From: an uncultured Anaerolineales bacterium
GTDB taxonomy: Bacteria > Chloroflexota > Anaerolineae > Anaerolineales > UBA11858
Assembly: GCA_964629085.1 (NCBI GenBank)
Contig: CAZVPR010000006.1
Coordinates: 21,122-85,121 of the forward strand
Reading direction: 5' to 3'
DNA: 64,000 nt
This document shows, one piece after another, positions 38,635 to 48,601 of this stretch (its first letter is position 1; each line of letters opens with the position of its first letter). The position numbers and the translations under genes are program-made. The notes below the pieces were generated by a model. It did not search any database, was not told the DNA's origin, and saw nothing but the letters and a program-made list of their open reading frames with translations.

Positions 38635-41600
38635 TCAGTCTATGAATTCCTTATTCGATTTCAAAACTCCCAAAAAGGAATCTATAACCTCAGGATCGAA
38701 ATGAGTGCCGGCCTGTTCTTTTAGATACTCAATTACCTTTTCTTGAGACCAAGCCTTTCGATAGGGTCGATCTGAATTTAACGCATCCCAAACATCAATA
38801 ACGGCAAAGATCCGAGCAGCCAAGGGAATTTGCGTTCTCTTCAAACCACGTGGGTAACCGCTTCCATCCCACTTTTCATGATGATAGTGAGGAATATCGA
38901 GAGCCTGACGCAAATACGCGATTGGCGCTAACAGGTTATATGCATCAACGGGATGCTGACGCATGATTTCCCACTCCTCCTCCGTCAGGGTTCCTGGTTT
39001 GTGTAAGATGCTGTCAGGAATAACCATTTTCCCGATATCGTGAAGCAAAGCACCTCGACGAATATGCACCAATTCTGCCTGAGGCAAATTCATTGCGCGC
39101 GCCAATTCCAAGGTCATTTCAGTCACACGCTGACTATGACCTTCCGTTTCCAAGTCGCGCATCTCTAAGGCGCGCGACCAGCCTTCAATCGTTGCATCAT
39201 AAGCCATGGTGAGATCCATATTCGAACGCTGGGCCTCATTAAACAATTGGGTGTTGTTGATCGCAATGCTTGCCTGCGTCGCCAGGGTGTTGACAAAGTC
39301 TATCCAATCAGAATCACGCCAAACCTTAGAGCGATTAAAAAGTTCCAGAACCCCATTAACTTTCCCTTTCGACATTAACGGAATAGCTACATAGCTAACA
39401 AACCCCTCCTTGTTTATCGCGGCATGTTCTCCAAATCCATCTACTTCAAGATCATCAATGATAATCGTTCGTCTTTGGAGGGCGGCAACACCCCCATGGG
39501 GGTCGCCCAGCCGCAAGGATGTATTCAAAATCCCCGCAGTATGGAAGCCACGGCTGGCAGCGTGAACCAGTTGATTCAAATTTTCATCCAATAACAAAAC
39601 AGCAGCAGCATCGACGCCCAATTGAGTGGTAACTTTTTCCAACAGGGTATTAAAGGGCAGATGCAAATCAAAGCTCGAACTTATCACAGTATCAATTTCG
39701 TGCAATGTTGTCAGGCGAGCCAACTGTTCCTGAGTACGATCATGGAGCTCGGCTCGGCGGAGGCCATTGGCCGTGATATCAGCAATGGCGGTCATCAATC
39801 GAATTTGAGTGTTGGCAAATCCTGAACTATCAGCATGGCCATTATGATTACGAGTAACACCCAGTGCGCCGATTATTTGCCCTTGGGTAATCAAAGGAAC
39901 ACAAGCCATCGAACAGGCTTGGCAAATATTATCTTTCAGGAATAGCAAGGGGTCGTTAGGAACATTATGAGAAATATAAGTCTCGCCCGAAGCTACCACA
40001 TGACCAGCAATTCCTTTTCCAGCAGGAATTCTATACCCTGTTTCATCCAAAACACCCGTAGAATACTCAATCAATATCTCGCCAGAGTTGTCTTCCACCG
40101 TGGCCAGATAGGCCCCATCAATTTCCAATAATTCCATAATCTGATTCAGGATAATGGGTGGCAATTCGTGGCGAGTCCTCGCCTCACGCAATGACTCTGA
40201 AACAAAAGCAACCGCTTCAAGTTCAGCAGCCCTTTGATGGGTTTCATCCAACAATCGGATCTTTGCCATCGCCAAAGAAACCTGAGCTGCCGCATTTTCC
40301 CCGAAGGCAATTTCTTGGGGAGAAAACTCATGGTTTTGTTTATAACCAATCAATGCCGCTCCCAATTTTTTGCCATCTGCCTTCAAAGGTAAGCCAAGCA
40401 TTGAACATACTGAATATCTTTTTGCAAGGCGGGCACTGATATAGGGCGAATTGGTTATATTGGGGATGGTGATCGTCCGGCCAGCTTCAAGCACAGAACT
40501 GGTTAAAGTAACTTCCCCAGGTTCTACCTTCAGAGAGAGATAGTTATCAACTTCCACACCAGACGCAGCACCAGGTCTCGGCTCATTCCTTTCATCATCC
40601 CAAATGGTTATGAAACACATCTCCGCACCCAGCAGCTCTTTCAATTGGTCTGCAAGGATTTGCATGGCTGATTCGTAATCATCGGATGCCAGCGCAGTTC
40701 TGGTAATCAGATTCAATGTTTCTTGGTTTTGAGCATGCTCTTGAGTTTCGTCGAAAAGTCGGGCACTTTCTAGTGTCGTTGCAGCATATGCAGCCAACAT
40801 CTCCAACAGATACCTGTCATCTTGAGAATAAGCATTGGGGCGATAACATTGGGCTGCAATCATCCCAAAGGCATTCCCATTAAGCTGCATGGGAACTGCT
40901 AACACTGAACGCACATGATCACCATCCCCAAAACGAGCGAATTTCAAATCACTTTCATTTTCCAAATCAGCGATTAAAACTGATTTGCCATTCTTGATTA
41001 TTGTTTCGCTAAAACTGTCTTTCTCATTCAAGTGGGATACAGGATAGCGCTGACCTTTGTCATAGAGGTAAACCGCTTCGAGCCAGCCTTTTTTGCCGTT
41101 GGCCGTGGTAATTGCAAAAGCTTCGCAAGGCATCAATTTAGAGGCCGCCTTGTGAATGGTTTCATAGACCTGTTGCGGCGATCTGCTGGCGGCTATGATT
41201 TCCTGGCTAACATTGTGGAGTGTAGATCGGCGTTCTGCAGACTCTAGTGCATCGCGATATAAAGTTGCATTTTCCAGAGCCACTGAAACTTGATCCGCAA
41301 AAACTTGTAACCTCTGGGCATGATCTTCGGTAAAGAAATTGGGCGTTTCGCTATCCAGGCTAATGACACCAACTGCAATTTCTTCCCGCCGAATTGGAAC
41401 TGCTAAGTATGATTTTATCCAACTCGTTGCGGGAAACTGAACCCATGTGGGGTCTAAAGAAGTATCAGGGATGAGGTAGGGTTGAAGAGTTTCAACCATT
41501 TCTTTTAAATTTTTTACTTCACTTATTTTAATCTTAGAACTAGCTATCCAATTATCGATTCCCCGATCTGTGTACCCTCGTTGGCTAACAACTTCAGCGA

Positions 41601-44169
41601 TTCCGCTTTTGATAAGCCGCAAATTGGTAGCATCATGTTTGACTAACCTATCAACATTATCTAATATGTGGTCAAAAATTTCATTTATGTCTAGGGTGCT
41701 ATTTAATGCAGACGTTGTATCTCGAAGGGCTTCCGCCCAAATTCGCTGTTGACGTTCTGCTTCCTCTGCCCTGATACGGTCGATTGCTGTTGCTAAATTA
41801 CCAGCAATTGTCTGTAATATTCGCTCATCATGATCCGAAAAGGCATCTACCTGATGGTTCTCGGCATTAATCACGCCAATCACCCTTTCTCCAATTCGCA
41901 GGGGTACGCAGATTTCCGAAAGCATTTCATCGGAGGGAGGAATGTAATTAGAATCATTGCGAACATCCGATATGCGCTTGGCAAGACCCGTCACTACAAC
42001 CTCTCCAACTACGCCCTCCCCTAGCCGAAATACCCTTTCTTTGTATGTCTCTTCTATACCCCTGTATGAAGGATGCACATGGAGAATATTTTCTTGCTCG
42101 TCGAGCAACAACACGCCAAAATGATCGGAATAAAGCGCTTCACCGATCGCACGTGTGGACCATTCAATAAGTTGATCTTCAGATTCAGCGTATGATCCAG
42201 CAACTGCAACAGCATTTAATAGGATTTGTTCATCAAGCTGACGTTGGATTTCTTTTTCCGCTTGAACCCGATGGGTGATATCTCTGCCGACACCTTGAAT
42301 TTCGATTACTTCGCCAGCATCATTAAATATCGCCCTGTCTGTCCACTGCAACCAGCGTATTTCGCCGCGACTGTCTTCTCTTTGAAACTCATTAGAAAAT
42401 ACTGGATTTTTTAACGACAGAGAACGAAATTTTTGCTTCTTTCTTTCCACTTCGTCGTCAGGCTTAGATGAAAAGATATTGGAACCAATTAACTCACCTT
42501 CTGATTTTCCAAAGAACCGACAATAACTTTGATTGGCAAATGTAATGGTCCCATCGGGTAAAACACGGTTGATTAACTCCGTTTGATCTTCAACAATCGC
42601 GCGGTAGAGATTTTCGCTGTATTGGAGAGCTCTGGCTGAATCAATGCGCTGTGAGATATTTTGCTTGATGGCAATAAAGTGATTGATATCACCTTTGCGA
42701 TTTCTCACAGGAGTGATGGTCATCTCTTCATGATAAAGGCTGCCGTTCTTCCGGCGATTGATCAATTCTCCCTGCCACACTTTGCCGGAGGTAATTGTTT
42801 GCCATAATTCTGCAAAAAAAGCCTGATCAAAGCGTCCAGAATTAAGGATTCGTGGATTTTGCCCAAGGACTTCTTCAGCCTCAAAACCTGTCAATTTTGT
42901 GAAAGCAGGATTTATGTAGGTAATCATGCCATCACGATCCGCAATCAAGATGGCATTGGCGGCAGCTCCAAGCATTTCTGCTTGCAACTGCAACTGTTCT
43001 TCATGCTGCTTTTGTTCAGTGATATCGCGCAGCACCCCGTAGATCTCTTTGGGATTTCCATCTGCGTGCCGGGAAAAAATCAATTCCTTGACGTGGAACC
43101 AATGCCAGGTACCATCAACATGTCTCATCCGTTGATCATATTCGATGATCTCACCATCTTCAGTCGAATAATAGTTGGGAATTATTTCATCTTTCCAAAG
43201 GGCCATATCAGCAGGGTGCAGGGCCTGCTGCAAAAATTCATCGTTTAATTCGATGGGCTCGTTTAATGTGAAACCCAGGGGTTGGACTTTATCCTCATTG
43301 CTGTATAAAACCCTTTTATCGTCAAGGTCAAAAATATAGACCATATCCGGGTTCATTTCCAGAATAGTTTCGTTGAGCACTTTGCTTTCACGCAAAGCTT
43401 CTTCTGCCTTTTTACGTTCGGTTATATCGGTGAAAACAGCTTCGGTACGCATGATTTCACCACTATCATCCAAATGGACAGTCGCGCTTCCCAACAAATA
43501 GGCATGGCTGCCATCTTTTCGTTGGACTGTGAGTTCGTAAGTGCCAACCGTTTTCTCAACTACTAATCTTTCGAACAGGTTATCGCGATCTTTGGCATCA
43601 ACATAAAAATCCTGTGCCGGCAAACCAACCATCTCATCAGGATCATCGTACCCAAATATACAAGCAGCGGCTGGGTTTACTGCGGTTAATTCCCCCTGAC
43701 CATTCGAAATAATTATGCCTTCCTGAGTGGTCTCAAATAATAATCGATAGCGTAGTTCTGACCTGCGCAGCTTCTCCTGTTCTCGGTAACGTTCAATGGA
43801 ATAACGAATTGAGCGCTCAAGTACCTGGCTATCAAGTTTGTTTTTTATTAAATAATCAGCCACTCCCGTTTCCATGGCTTCTAGATCGACTTCCATCCCA
43901 CCCTGGCCTGTCAAAAGAATAATGGGCGCATTGCAACCACTCCCAATTGCATCTCGAATTAAATCGAGGCCATTTTGGATCCCTAATCGATAATCGACTA
44001 AATAGATATCATGCTGACACGCTGCCATTTTAGGCAAAGCATCTTGATAATTGCTAACCCAATCCAGCTTGTAAGAAGTACTAGAAATATCGGAGATCAA
44101 TTCATCTGTGATGATGAAATCGTCTTCGTCATCCTCTACGAGTAAGACTCGAATTTCCATTTCGTTCAT
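38635..44169 (-). CDS. REC-PAS-GAF-HD-GYP cyclic dinucleotide phosphodiesterase
   Basis: N-terminal receiver (EDDEDD...VDYRL), four PAS domains, multiple GAF domains, ETEGHSQRV, LLHDIGK, HHEKWDGSGYP and DALNSDRPYR. Confidence 0.93.
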   Translation of the reverse strand: MNEMEIRVLLVEDDEDDFIITDELISDISSTSYKLDWVSNYQDALPKMAACQHDIYLVDYRLGIQNGLDLIRDAIGSGCNAPIILLTGQGGMEVDLEAMETGVADYLIKNKLDSQVLERSIRYSIERYREQEKLRRSELRYRLLFETTQEGIIISNGQGELTAVNPAAACIFGYDDPDEMVGLPAQDFYVDAKDRDNLFERLVVEKTVGTYELTVQRKDGSHAYLLGSATVHLDDSGEIMRTEAVFTDITERKKAEEALRESKVLNETILEMNPDMVYIFDLDDKRVLYSNEDKVQPLGFTLNEPIELNDEFLQQALHPADMALWKDEIIPNYYSTEDGEIIEYDQRMRHVDGTWHWFHVKELIFSRHADGNPKEIYGVLRDITEQKQHEEQLQLQAEMLGAAANAILIADRDGMITYINPAFTKLTGFEAEEVLGQNPRILNSGRFDQAFFAELWQTITSGKVWQGELINRRKNGSLYHEEMTITPVRNRKGDINHFIAIKQNISQRIDSARALQYSENLYRAIVEDQTELINRVLPDGTITFANQSYCRFFGKSEGELIGSNIFSSKPDDEVERKKQKFRSLSLKNPVFSNEFQREDSRGEIRWLQWTDRAIFNDAGEVIEIQGVGRDITHRVQAEKEIQRQLDEQILLNAVAVAGSYAESEDQLIEWSTRAIGEALYSDHFGVLLLDEQENILHVHPSYRGIEETYKERVFRLGEGVVGEVVVTGLAKRISDVRNDSNYIPPSDEMLSEICVPLRIGERVIGVINAENHQVDAFSDHDERILQTIAGNLATAIDRIRAEEAERQQRIWAEALRDTTSALNSTLDINEIFDHILDNVDRLVKHDATNLRLIKSGIAEVVSQRGYTDRGIDNWIASSKIKISEVKNLKEMVETLQPYLIPDTSLDPTWVQFPATSWIKSYLAVPIRREEIAVGVISLDSETPNFFTEDHAQRLQVFADQVSVALENATLYRDALESAERRSTLHNVSQEIIAASRSPQQVYETIHKAASKLMPCEAFAITTANGKKGWLEAVYLYDKGQRYPVSHLNEKDSFSETIIKNGKSVLIADLENESDLKFARFGDGDHVRSVLAVPMQLNGNAFGMIAAQCYRPNAYSQDDRYLLEMLAAYAATTLESARLFDETQEHAQNQETLNLITRTALASDDYESAMQILADQLKELLGAEMCFITIWDDERNEPRPGAASGVEVDNYLSLKVEPGEVTLTSSVLEAGRTITIPNITNSPYISARLAKRYSVCSMLGLPLKADGKKLGAALIGYKQNHEFSPQEIAFGENAAAQVSLAMAKIRLLDETHQRAAELEAVAFVSESLREARTRHELPPIILNQIMELLEIDGAYLATVEDNSGEILIEYSTGVLDETGYRIPAGKGIAGHVVASGETYISHNVPNDPLLFLKDNICQACSMACVPLITQGQIIGALGVTRNHNGHADSSGFANTQIRLMTAIADITANGLRRAELHDRTQEQLARLTTLHEIDTVISSSFDLHLPFNTLLEKVTTQLGVDAAAVLLLDENLNQLVHAASRGFHTAGILNTSLRLGDPHGGVAALQRRTIIIDDLEVDGFGEHAAINKEGFVSYVAIPLMSKGKVNGVLELFNRSKVWRDSDWIDFVNTLATQASIAINNTQLFNEAQRSNMDLTMAYDATIEGWSRALEMRDLETEGHSQRVTEMTLELARAMNLPQAELVHIRRGALLHDIGKMVIPDSILHKPGTLTEEEWEIMRQHPVDAYNLLAPIAYLRQALDIPHYHHEKWDGSGYPRGLKRTQIPLAARIFAVIDVWDALNSDRPYRKAWSQEKVIEYLKEQAGTHFDPEVIDSFLGVLKSNKEFID

Positions 44170-44326
44170 AAATCATAAGGTGTTGAAACTGTAACAGTAA
44201 CTTTGATCAAATCAACTTAATCATACAACTATGCGCAAAGTAAGTGAACGGTCACATGGGGCATTTTCTATACATTCGGAGGTTGATTTTTCATCGGTCA
44301 GTTGGGGGATAAGAATTACTGTCTTT

Positions 44327-45274
44327 TTAAGGGGCTGGTTTTGTATTTTGATCAATATTTCGATAAACCACCGTTTGATTGCGACCTGCCTCCTTGGCAA
44401 CATAAAGAGCGCGATCCGCATAAAATACCAGCACATCCTTATTCTCTGTGTCTCCTGGCAGCTCAGCCAGGCCCAGACTAATGGTGATTTGGATTTCACA
44501 TTGGCTGCCATCTTCGATTTTGCAATTAAAATTATTGCTTTCAACACCTTTTCGCAAACGTTCTGCGACATTCAGGGCTTCGTCCACAATGGTTTCGGGT
44601 AATAAGATGGAAAATTCCTCACCACCAAATCGAATCGTGCGGTCCACAGATCGCACAACATCCTTAATGATTTGCGAAACTTGCTTCAAGACCTGATCTC
44701 CAACCTGGTGTCCAAATGTATCGTTTACGGATTTAAAATGATCGATGTCTAACATTATTAACGATACGTGGTACCCATATCGTTCGTATCGTTCAAACTC
44801 ATCATCTAACAATCGTTTCATTTCCCGGCGATTATATAGGCCGGTCAATTCATCTCGGATTGCCATCTCATTAAGTTTTTTAATTAGCCGAGTGCGTTCG
44901 ATAGCATAGCGGATTGCCCGCTCCAGGAGATTTTCATCAAACTGTCCCTTTACTAAAAAATCAGCCGCGCCCCCTTTCATTGCCGCCATGTCGATTTGCC
45001 TGTCTCTTATACCCGTCAAGAGAATAATTGGTAAATCGATCCTTTCGCCATTCAGGGCTTCTAATAAATCGAGTCCTGTATATTCACCAAGGCGGTAATC
45101 CACTAAAAAAACATCGAAGGTTTCCCTGCTGATTATCTGCAGCGACTCATCATAGCTTTTTGCCCAATACAACTTATATGCTGTATCTTGGATGTCGTCC
45201 AACATATCCTGGATGATGAGATAATCGTCCTCATCATCCTCGACTAAAAGAACGCGAATTGGTTTGTCGTCCAT
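44327..45274 (-). CDS. REC-GGDEF diguanylate cyclase
   Basis: Receiver domain followed by DELTGLYNRR, DIDHFKSVNDTFGHQVGD, RSVD I-site and GGEEF. Confidence 0.93.
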   Translation of the reverse strand: MDDKPIRVLLVEDDEDDYLIIQDMLDDIQDTAYKLYWAKSYDESLQIISRETFDVFLVDYRLGEYTGLDLLEALNGERIDLPIILLTGIRDRQIDMAAMKGGAADFLVKGQFDENLLERAIRYAIERTRLIKKLNEMAIRDELTGLYNRREMKRLLDDEFERYERYGYHVSLIMLDIDHFKSVNDTFGHQVGDQVLKQVSQIIKDVVRSVDRTIRFGGEEFSILLPETIVDEALNVAERLRKGVESNNFNCKIEDGSQCEIQITISLGLAELPGDTENKDVLVFYADRALYVAKEAGRNQTVVYRNIDQNTKPAP

Positions 45275-45283
45275 CAGAACTCT

Positions 45284-45727
45284 TTATTTTGGCAATTCAA
45301 CAATTTGGAACCAATATTTACCCAGGCTTTGCATAACATCCACCAGACCTTTAAATTCAACTGGTTTAGTGATAAAACCACTGACACCAAGCTGGTATGT
45401 TTTTAGAATATCTTCTTCGGCTTTAGAGGTCGTCAGCACTACAATAGGAATACTGCGCAAATCGGGGTCGGATTTAATCTCCTCTAAAGCTTCGCGACCA
45501 TCAACGCGCGGCATATTCAAGTCGAGCAGGATCAACCCCGGGCGTGGTGCTGGTTTCTCTGCAAATTTTCCCCGCTTTTTGAGATAGTCCAGCAACTCGA
45601 TCCCTTCGCATACAAAGTGCAGCTCATTGGCGAGGCGACTCTCGTCCAGGGCCTCTTCGGCCAACATGCGGTCATCAGGGTCATCCTCAGCCATAAGGAT
45701 CACAATAGGATTATTTTTGTCCATCAT
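45284..45727 (-). CDS. Single-domain response regulator (Rcp1-like)
   Basis: AEDDPDD, ILLDLNMPRVDG, VVLTTS and KPV...KYWF. Confidence 0.92.
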   Translation of the reverse strand: MMDKNNPIVILMAEDDPDDRMLAEEALDESRLANELHFVCEGIELLDYLKKRGKFAEKPAPRPGLILLDLNMPRVDGREALEEIKSDPDLRSIPIVVLTTSKAEEDILKTYQLGVSGFITKPVEFKGLVDVMQSLGKYWFQIVELPK

Positions 45728-45733
45728 TATCTT

Positions 45734-48589
45734 TCACTCCTTAATATTTCGTCCATTTCGCGTTGGAAATGAAATTGAAAACTTCGCTCCCTCGCCCAGT
45801 TTGCTGGAAACCGAAATTGCTCCTCCATGTCGTTCAACAATTTTTCGGCAGATAGCTAACCCGATTCCACTACCGGTAAATTCCTGACGACCGTGTAATC
45901 GTTGGAATGGTTCGAATATCTTTTCGACAAAATGTTCCTCGAAACCAATGCCATTGTCCTGCACAGAAAAATTTATCCGATCAGAAAGGTCCGATTCAGC
46001 CATAATACGAATAATGGGTGTGGTATCCGGGGAACGGAATTTGATAGCATTATCAATCAGATGGTGTAGCAACTGATAGATTTGATTTGGGTCAGCATTG
46101 ATGGTGGGCAATGACCCTGTCAAGATTTTCGCTTCTGAAAGCTCGATGCTGTTTTTTAGATCCTCCAAAACATCTGCAACAATCTGATTTATATTGACAA
46201 ACTCGAAAGCAACCGCACGCGTAGAAACACGAGAATATACCAATAAATCTTCTACCATTTCCTGGCCGCGTCGGGCTGCTTCTTGCATGCGTAGTAGATA
46301 ATCCAGGCCGCGTTCATCAAGACTATTTTCATATTTCGAACGCAACCGGTCGCCAAAGGCTTGAATTTTGCGCAAGGGCTCTTGAAGATCATGAGAAGAA
46401 ATATACGCGAAACGCTCTAGATCTTGATTAGACCGTTCTAATTCAATGGTTTGCTGTTGCAAGTCTTCCTTGGCTCTTTTAAGTTCGGTGATATCCGTCA
46501 ATACCACCAGTGAGCCAACAAATTTTCCAGTATTGCTATCCAAACGTGGGCTCCCTTTAATAATAGTCGGCACTCTGCTCCCATTTTTGTGTGCGAGTTC
46601 GATTTCGTAAGAATCGGCAACGCCTGCCTTGCGACGGTTATCGGCATCAAAAATAATTTCATGCTGGTCAACAGGGGTTATCATCCTCCAATGTTGTCCA
46701 ACAAGTTCTTCAGGCTGAAAGCCCAATAAATCGACCGCTGCGGGATTTGCAAAGGTGAAATTTCCGTCTCCATCATGAGCCATGATCGCTCCGGGGACAG
46801 TCTGAACGATGGTTTCATTGAATTCCATCAGTTCGCGGATTTTCTCGTTGTCACGGGCACGCTGGATCGCCACAGCCAATTGATTGGCAATTAACTCGTT
46901 GCGGCGCAAATCTTCTTGCGTGAAGGAAGTCTCGTTAGAAATTTCTATCAATCCTATGGGCTCGTCACGCAAATACAGAGGAATGGCCACCATGGATTTC
47001 AAACCAATAATCTTGCTTACCTGGGGAACAAGTTTGCGCGTCTGTTTGAGCAACCAGTCTCGTTTGATCCAAGTTTCATTAACAAAATCGCTAAACCACT
47101 CGTCGATCTCTTCCATTCGAGTGAATACGCGTGGTTCTCCACCTTGCATGACTTGCTGGTGAATATTGCCATCACGTAGAGGGATGCGAAATTCAGGCAA
47201 TTCTCTACCGACCAATTTCTCGATTCTTTCATACCGGTCTTGGCTGACAGGGATATTCTTCATGACCAGTTGCTGCCTGTCATCGGATAACAAAAAGACT
47301 GCAGCCCCAGTTGTTCCTGACCCAGAATACATCTCGCGAGTCTTTTCCGCAAACAATTTAATGATCTCTTCTAAACTATCTCCATCCATTAGCGCTGAAT
47401 TAATGTCGTTGATCAACGTCAAATCCCAGGCATGCTGGTGCAGGAACTCATTGGCCAGCTCAAGTTCTTTGGCTTTATCTTGTACCTCTTCAGTTCGGGT
47501 GGCAATCTGTTCCTCCAGGTAGTGATCACGATCATGGATCTCATTTGCCATTTTCGCGAAGCTCTTGTTGAGGTTATAAATCTCCTGAAAGCTTCCCATA
47601 TCTTCTTGAGCATTTGGCACATGTGGGTTTTTTACCAGGTTCGCAGCACGTAATTCAAGGGCAGCAATTGGTTGGACCAACAGGCGGACGTTTACCAATT
47701 GGATCCACGTGAGGAGAGCCAACCATATAAAGACAGAAAATCCTGATACCAGCGCAATATAATAAACAGCGCGGAAGGCTATCCGAGTTGGTTCGGTGGT
47801 CACGACAACCCAATTGTTTTCCATAGAGATTGCACTGCCAATGACGTTCTCATTCTGGTGTTGGTCAAAAAAAGTATCGGTTTGTGTAATGCCCTTTAGG
47901 CTGCTCTGGACAATAGGGAGATCCGCGAAATTGCGGCGTTCCTGAACCCACTGCTGGTTTGGATGAGCGATCAGAATGCCATGGTGGTCGACAATGAAAG
48001 ACGTGGCAAATTCTCCGGCATACACGGTCGTGATGGCCGCTTGGATTAAAGACAGGTCCATTTCACCCACCAACATGCCCTGGAATTCGTTGTCATCATA
48101 AATGGGATGTGCAGTGGTTACTGATACCAGGTTGGTGGTCAAAGAAACAAATGGATCTGAGAAATAGGCATGCTCTGATTGCATACCATGCAAGAAATAT
48201 GGTTGGCCTGACAAATCAAAGTTTAGCAAAGATTGTGCGTCAGTGTCCTCAACAATTACACGTCCATTAACATCAAGCAGGAATAAGGCTGAAAATCGAG
48301 GAAATTGATCACGTATCTGTCCTAAAAGGGCTGCTTGGTTTTCCGGAGAAATCTGCAAAATGGATATTGCAGCAGCATGGAGCAAATTCTCGGTTTCATT
48401 CAGGTACATTTCGTCAAGCTGACTTAACGTGTGGATGGCTTGTCCTTGTCGAGAATATACTCCACTCCGCACCGCATTAGCCCCATAGAAGATGATGACA
48501 ACAATTGCAATTACAACCACCATAGCCGGAAGGATAGTTTGTCGGATCAGGGTACTTCGCAGGGAAGGAATCTTACTCTTTGTCATCAC
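45734..48589 (-). CDS. Cache-HAMP-GAF-PAS sensor histidine kinase
   Basis: Extracytoplasmic Cache-like domain between two TM helices (YFSDPFVS, IVDHHGILIAHP), FAYISSHDLQEPLRKI H-box and GSGIGL. Confidence 0.9.
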   Translation of the reverse strand: MMTKSKIPSLRSTLIRQTILPAMVVVIAIVVIIFYGANAVRSGVYSRQGQAIHTLSQLDEMYLNETENLLHAAAISILQISPENQAALLGQIRDQFPRFSALFLLDVNGRVIVEDTDAQSLLNFDLSGQPYFLHGMQSEHAYFSDPFVSLTTNLVSVTTAHPIYDDNEFQGMLVGEMDLSLIQAAITTVYAGEFATSFIVDHHGILIAHPNQQWVQERRNFADLPIVQSSLKGITQTDTFFDQHQNENVIGSAISMENNWVVVTTEPTRIAFRAVYYIALVSGFSVFIWLALLTWIQLVNVRLLVQPIAALELRAANLVKNPHVPNAQEDMGSFQEIYNLNKSFAKMANEIHDRDHYLEEQIATRTEEVQDKAKELELANEFLHQHAWDLTLINDINSALMDGDSLEEIIKLFAEKTREMYSGSGTTGAAVFLLSDDRQQLVMKNIPVSQDRYERIEKLVGRELPEFRIPLRDGNIHQQVMQGGEPRVFTRMEEIDEWFSDFVNETWIKRDWLLKQTRKLVPQVSKIIGLKSMVAIPLYLRDEPIGLIEISNETSFTQEDLRRNELIANQLAVAIQRARDNEKIRELMEFNETIVQTVPGAIMAHDGDGNFTFANPAAVDLLGFQPEELVGQHWRMITPVDQHEIIFDADNRRKAGVADSYEIELAHKNGSRVPTIIKGSPRLDSNTGKFVGSLVVLTDITELKRAKEDLQQQTIELERSNQDLERFAYISSHDLQEPLRKIQAFGDRLRSKYENSLDERGLDYLLRMQEAARRGQEMVEDLLVYSRVSTRAVAFEFVNINQIVADVLEDLKNSIELSEAKILTGSLPTINADPNQIYQLLHHLIDNAIKFRSPDTTPIIRIMAESDLSDRINFSVQDNGIGFEEHFVEKIFEPFQRLHGRQEFTGSGIGLAICRKIVERHGGAISVSSKLGEGAKFSISFPTRNGRNIKE

Positions 48590-48601
48590 TCTAAATAATC
48601 C

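Noticed and set aside
42820-42880. Possible LOV photoreceptor motif in the HD-GYP PAS domain
   Set aside because: The sequence is NPRILN, not NCRFLQ, so the photoactive Cys is absent.
32911-45274. 3'3'-cGAMP (GEMM-Ib / Hypr GGDEF) signalling
   Set aside because: The aptamer has G rather than A at the discriminating position, and the GGDEF keeps Asp rather than Ser at the specificity site.
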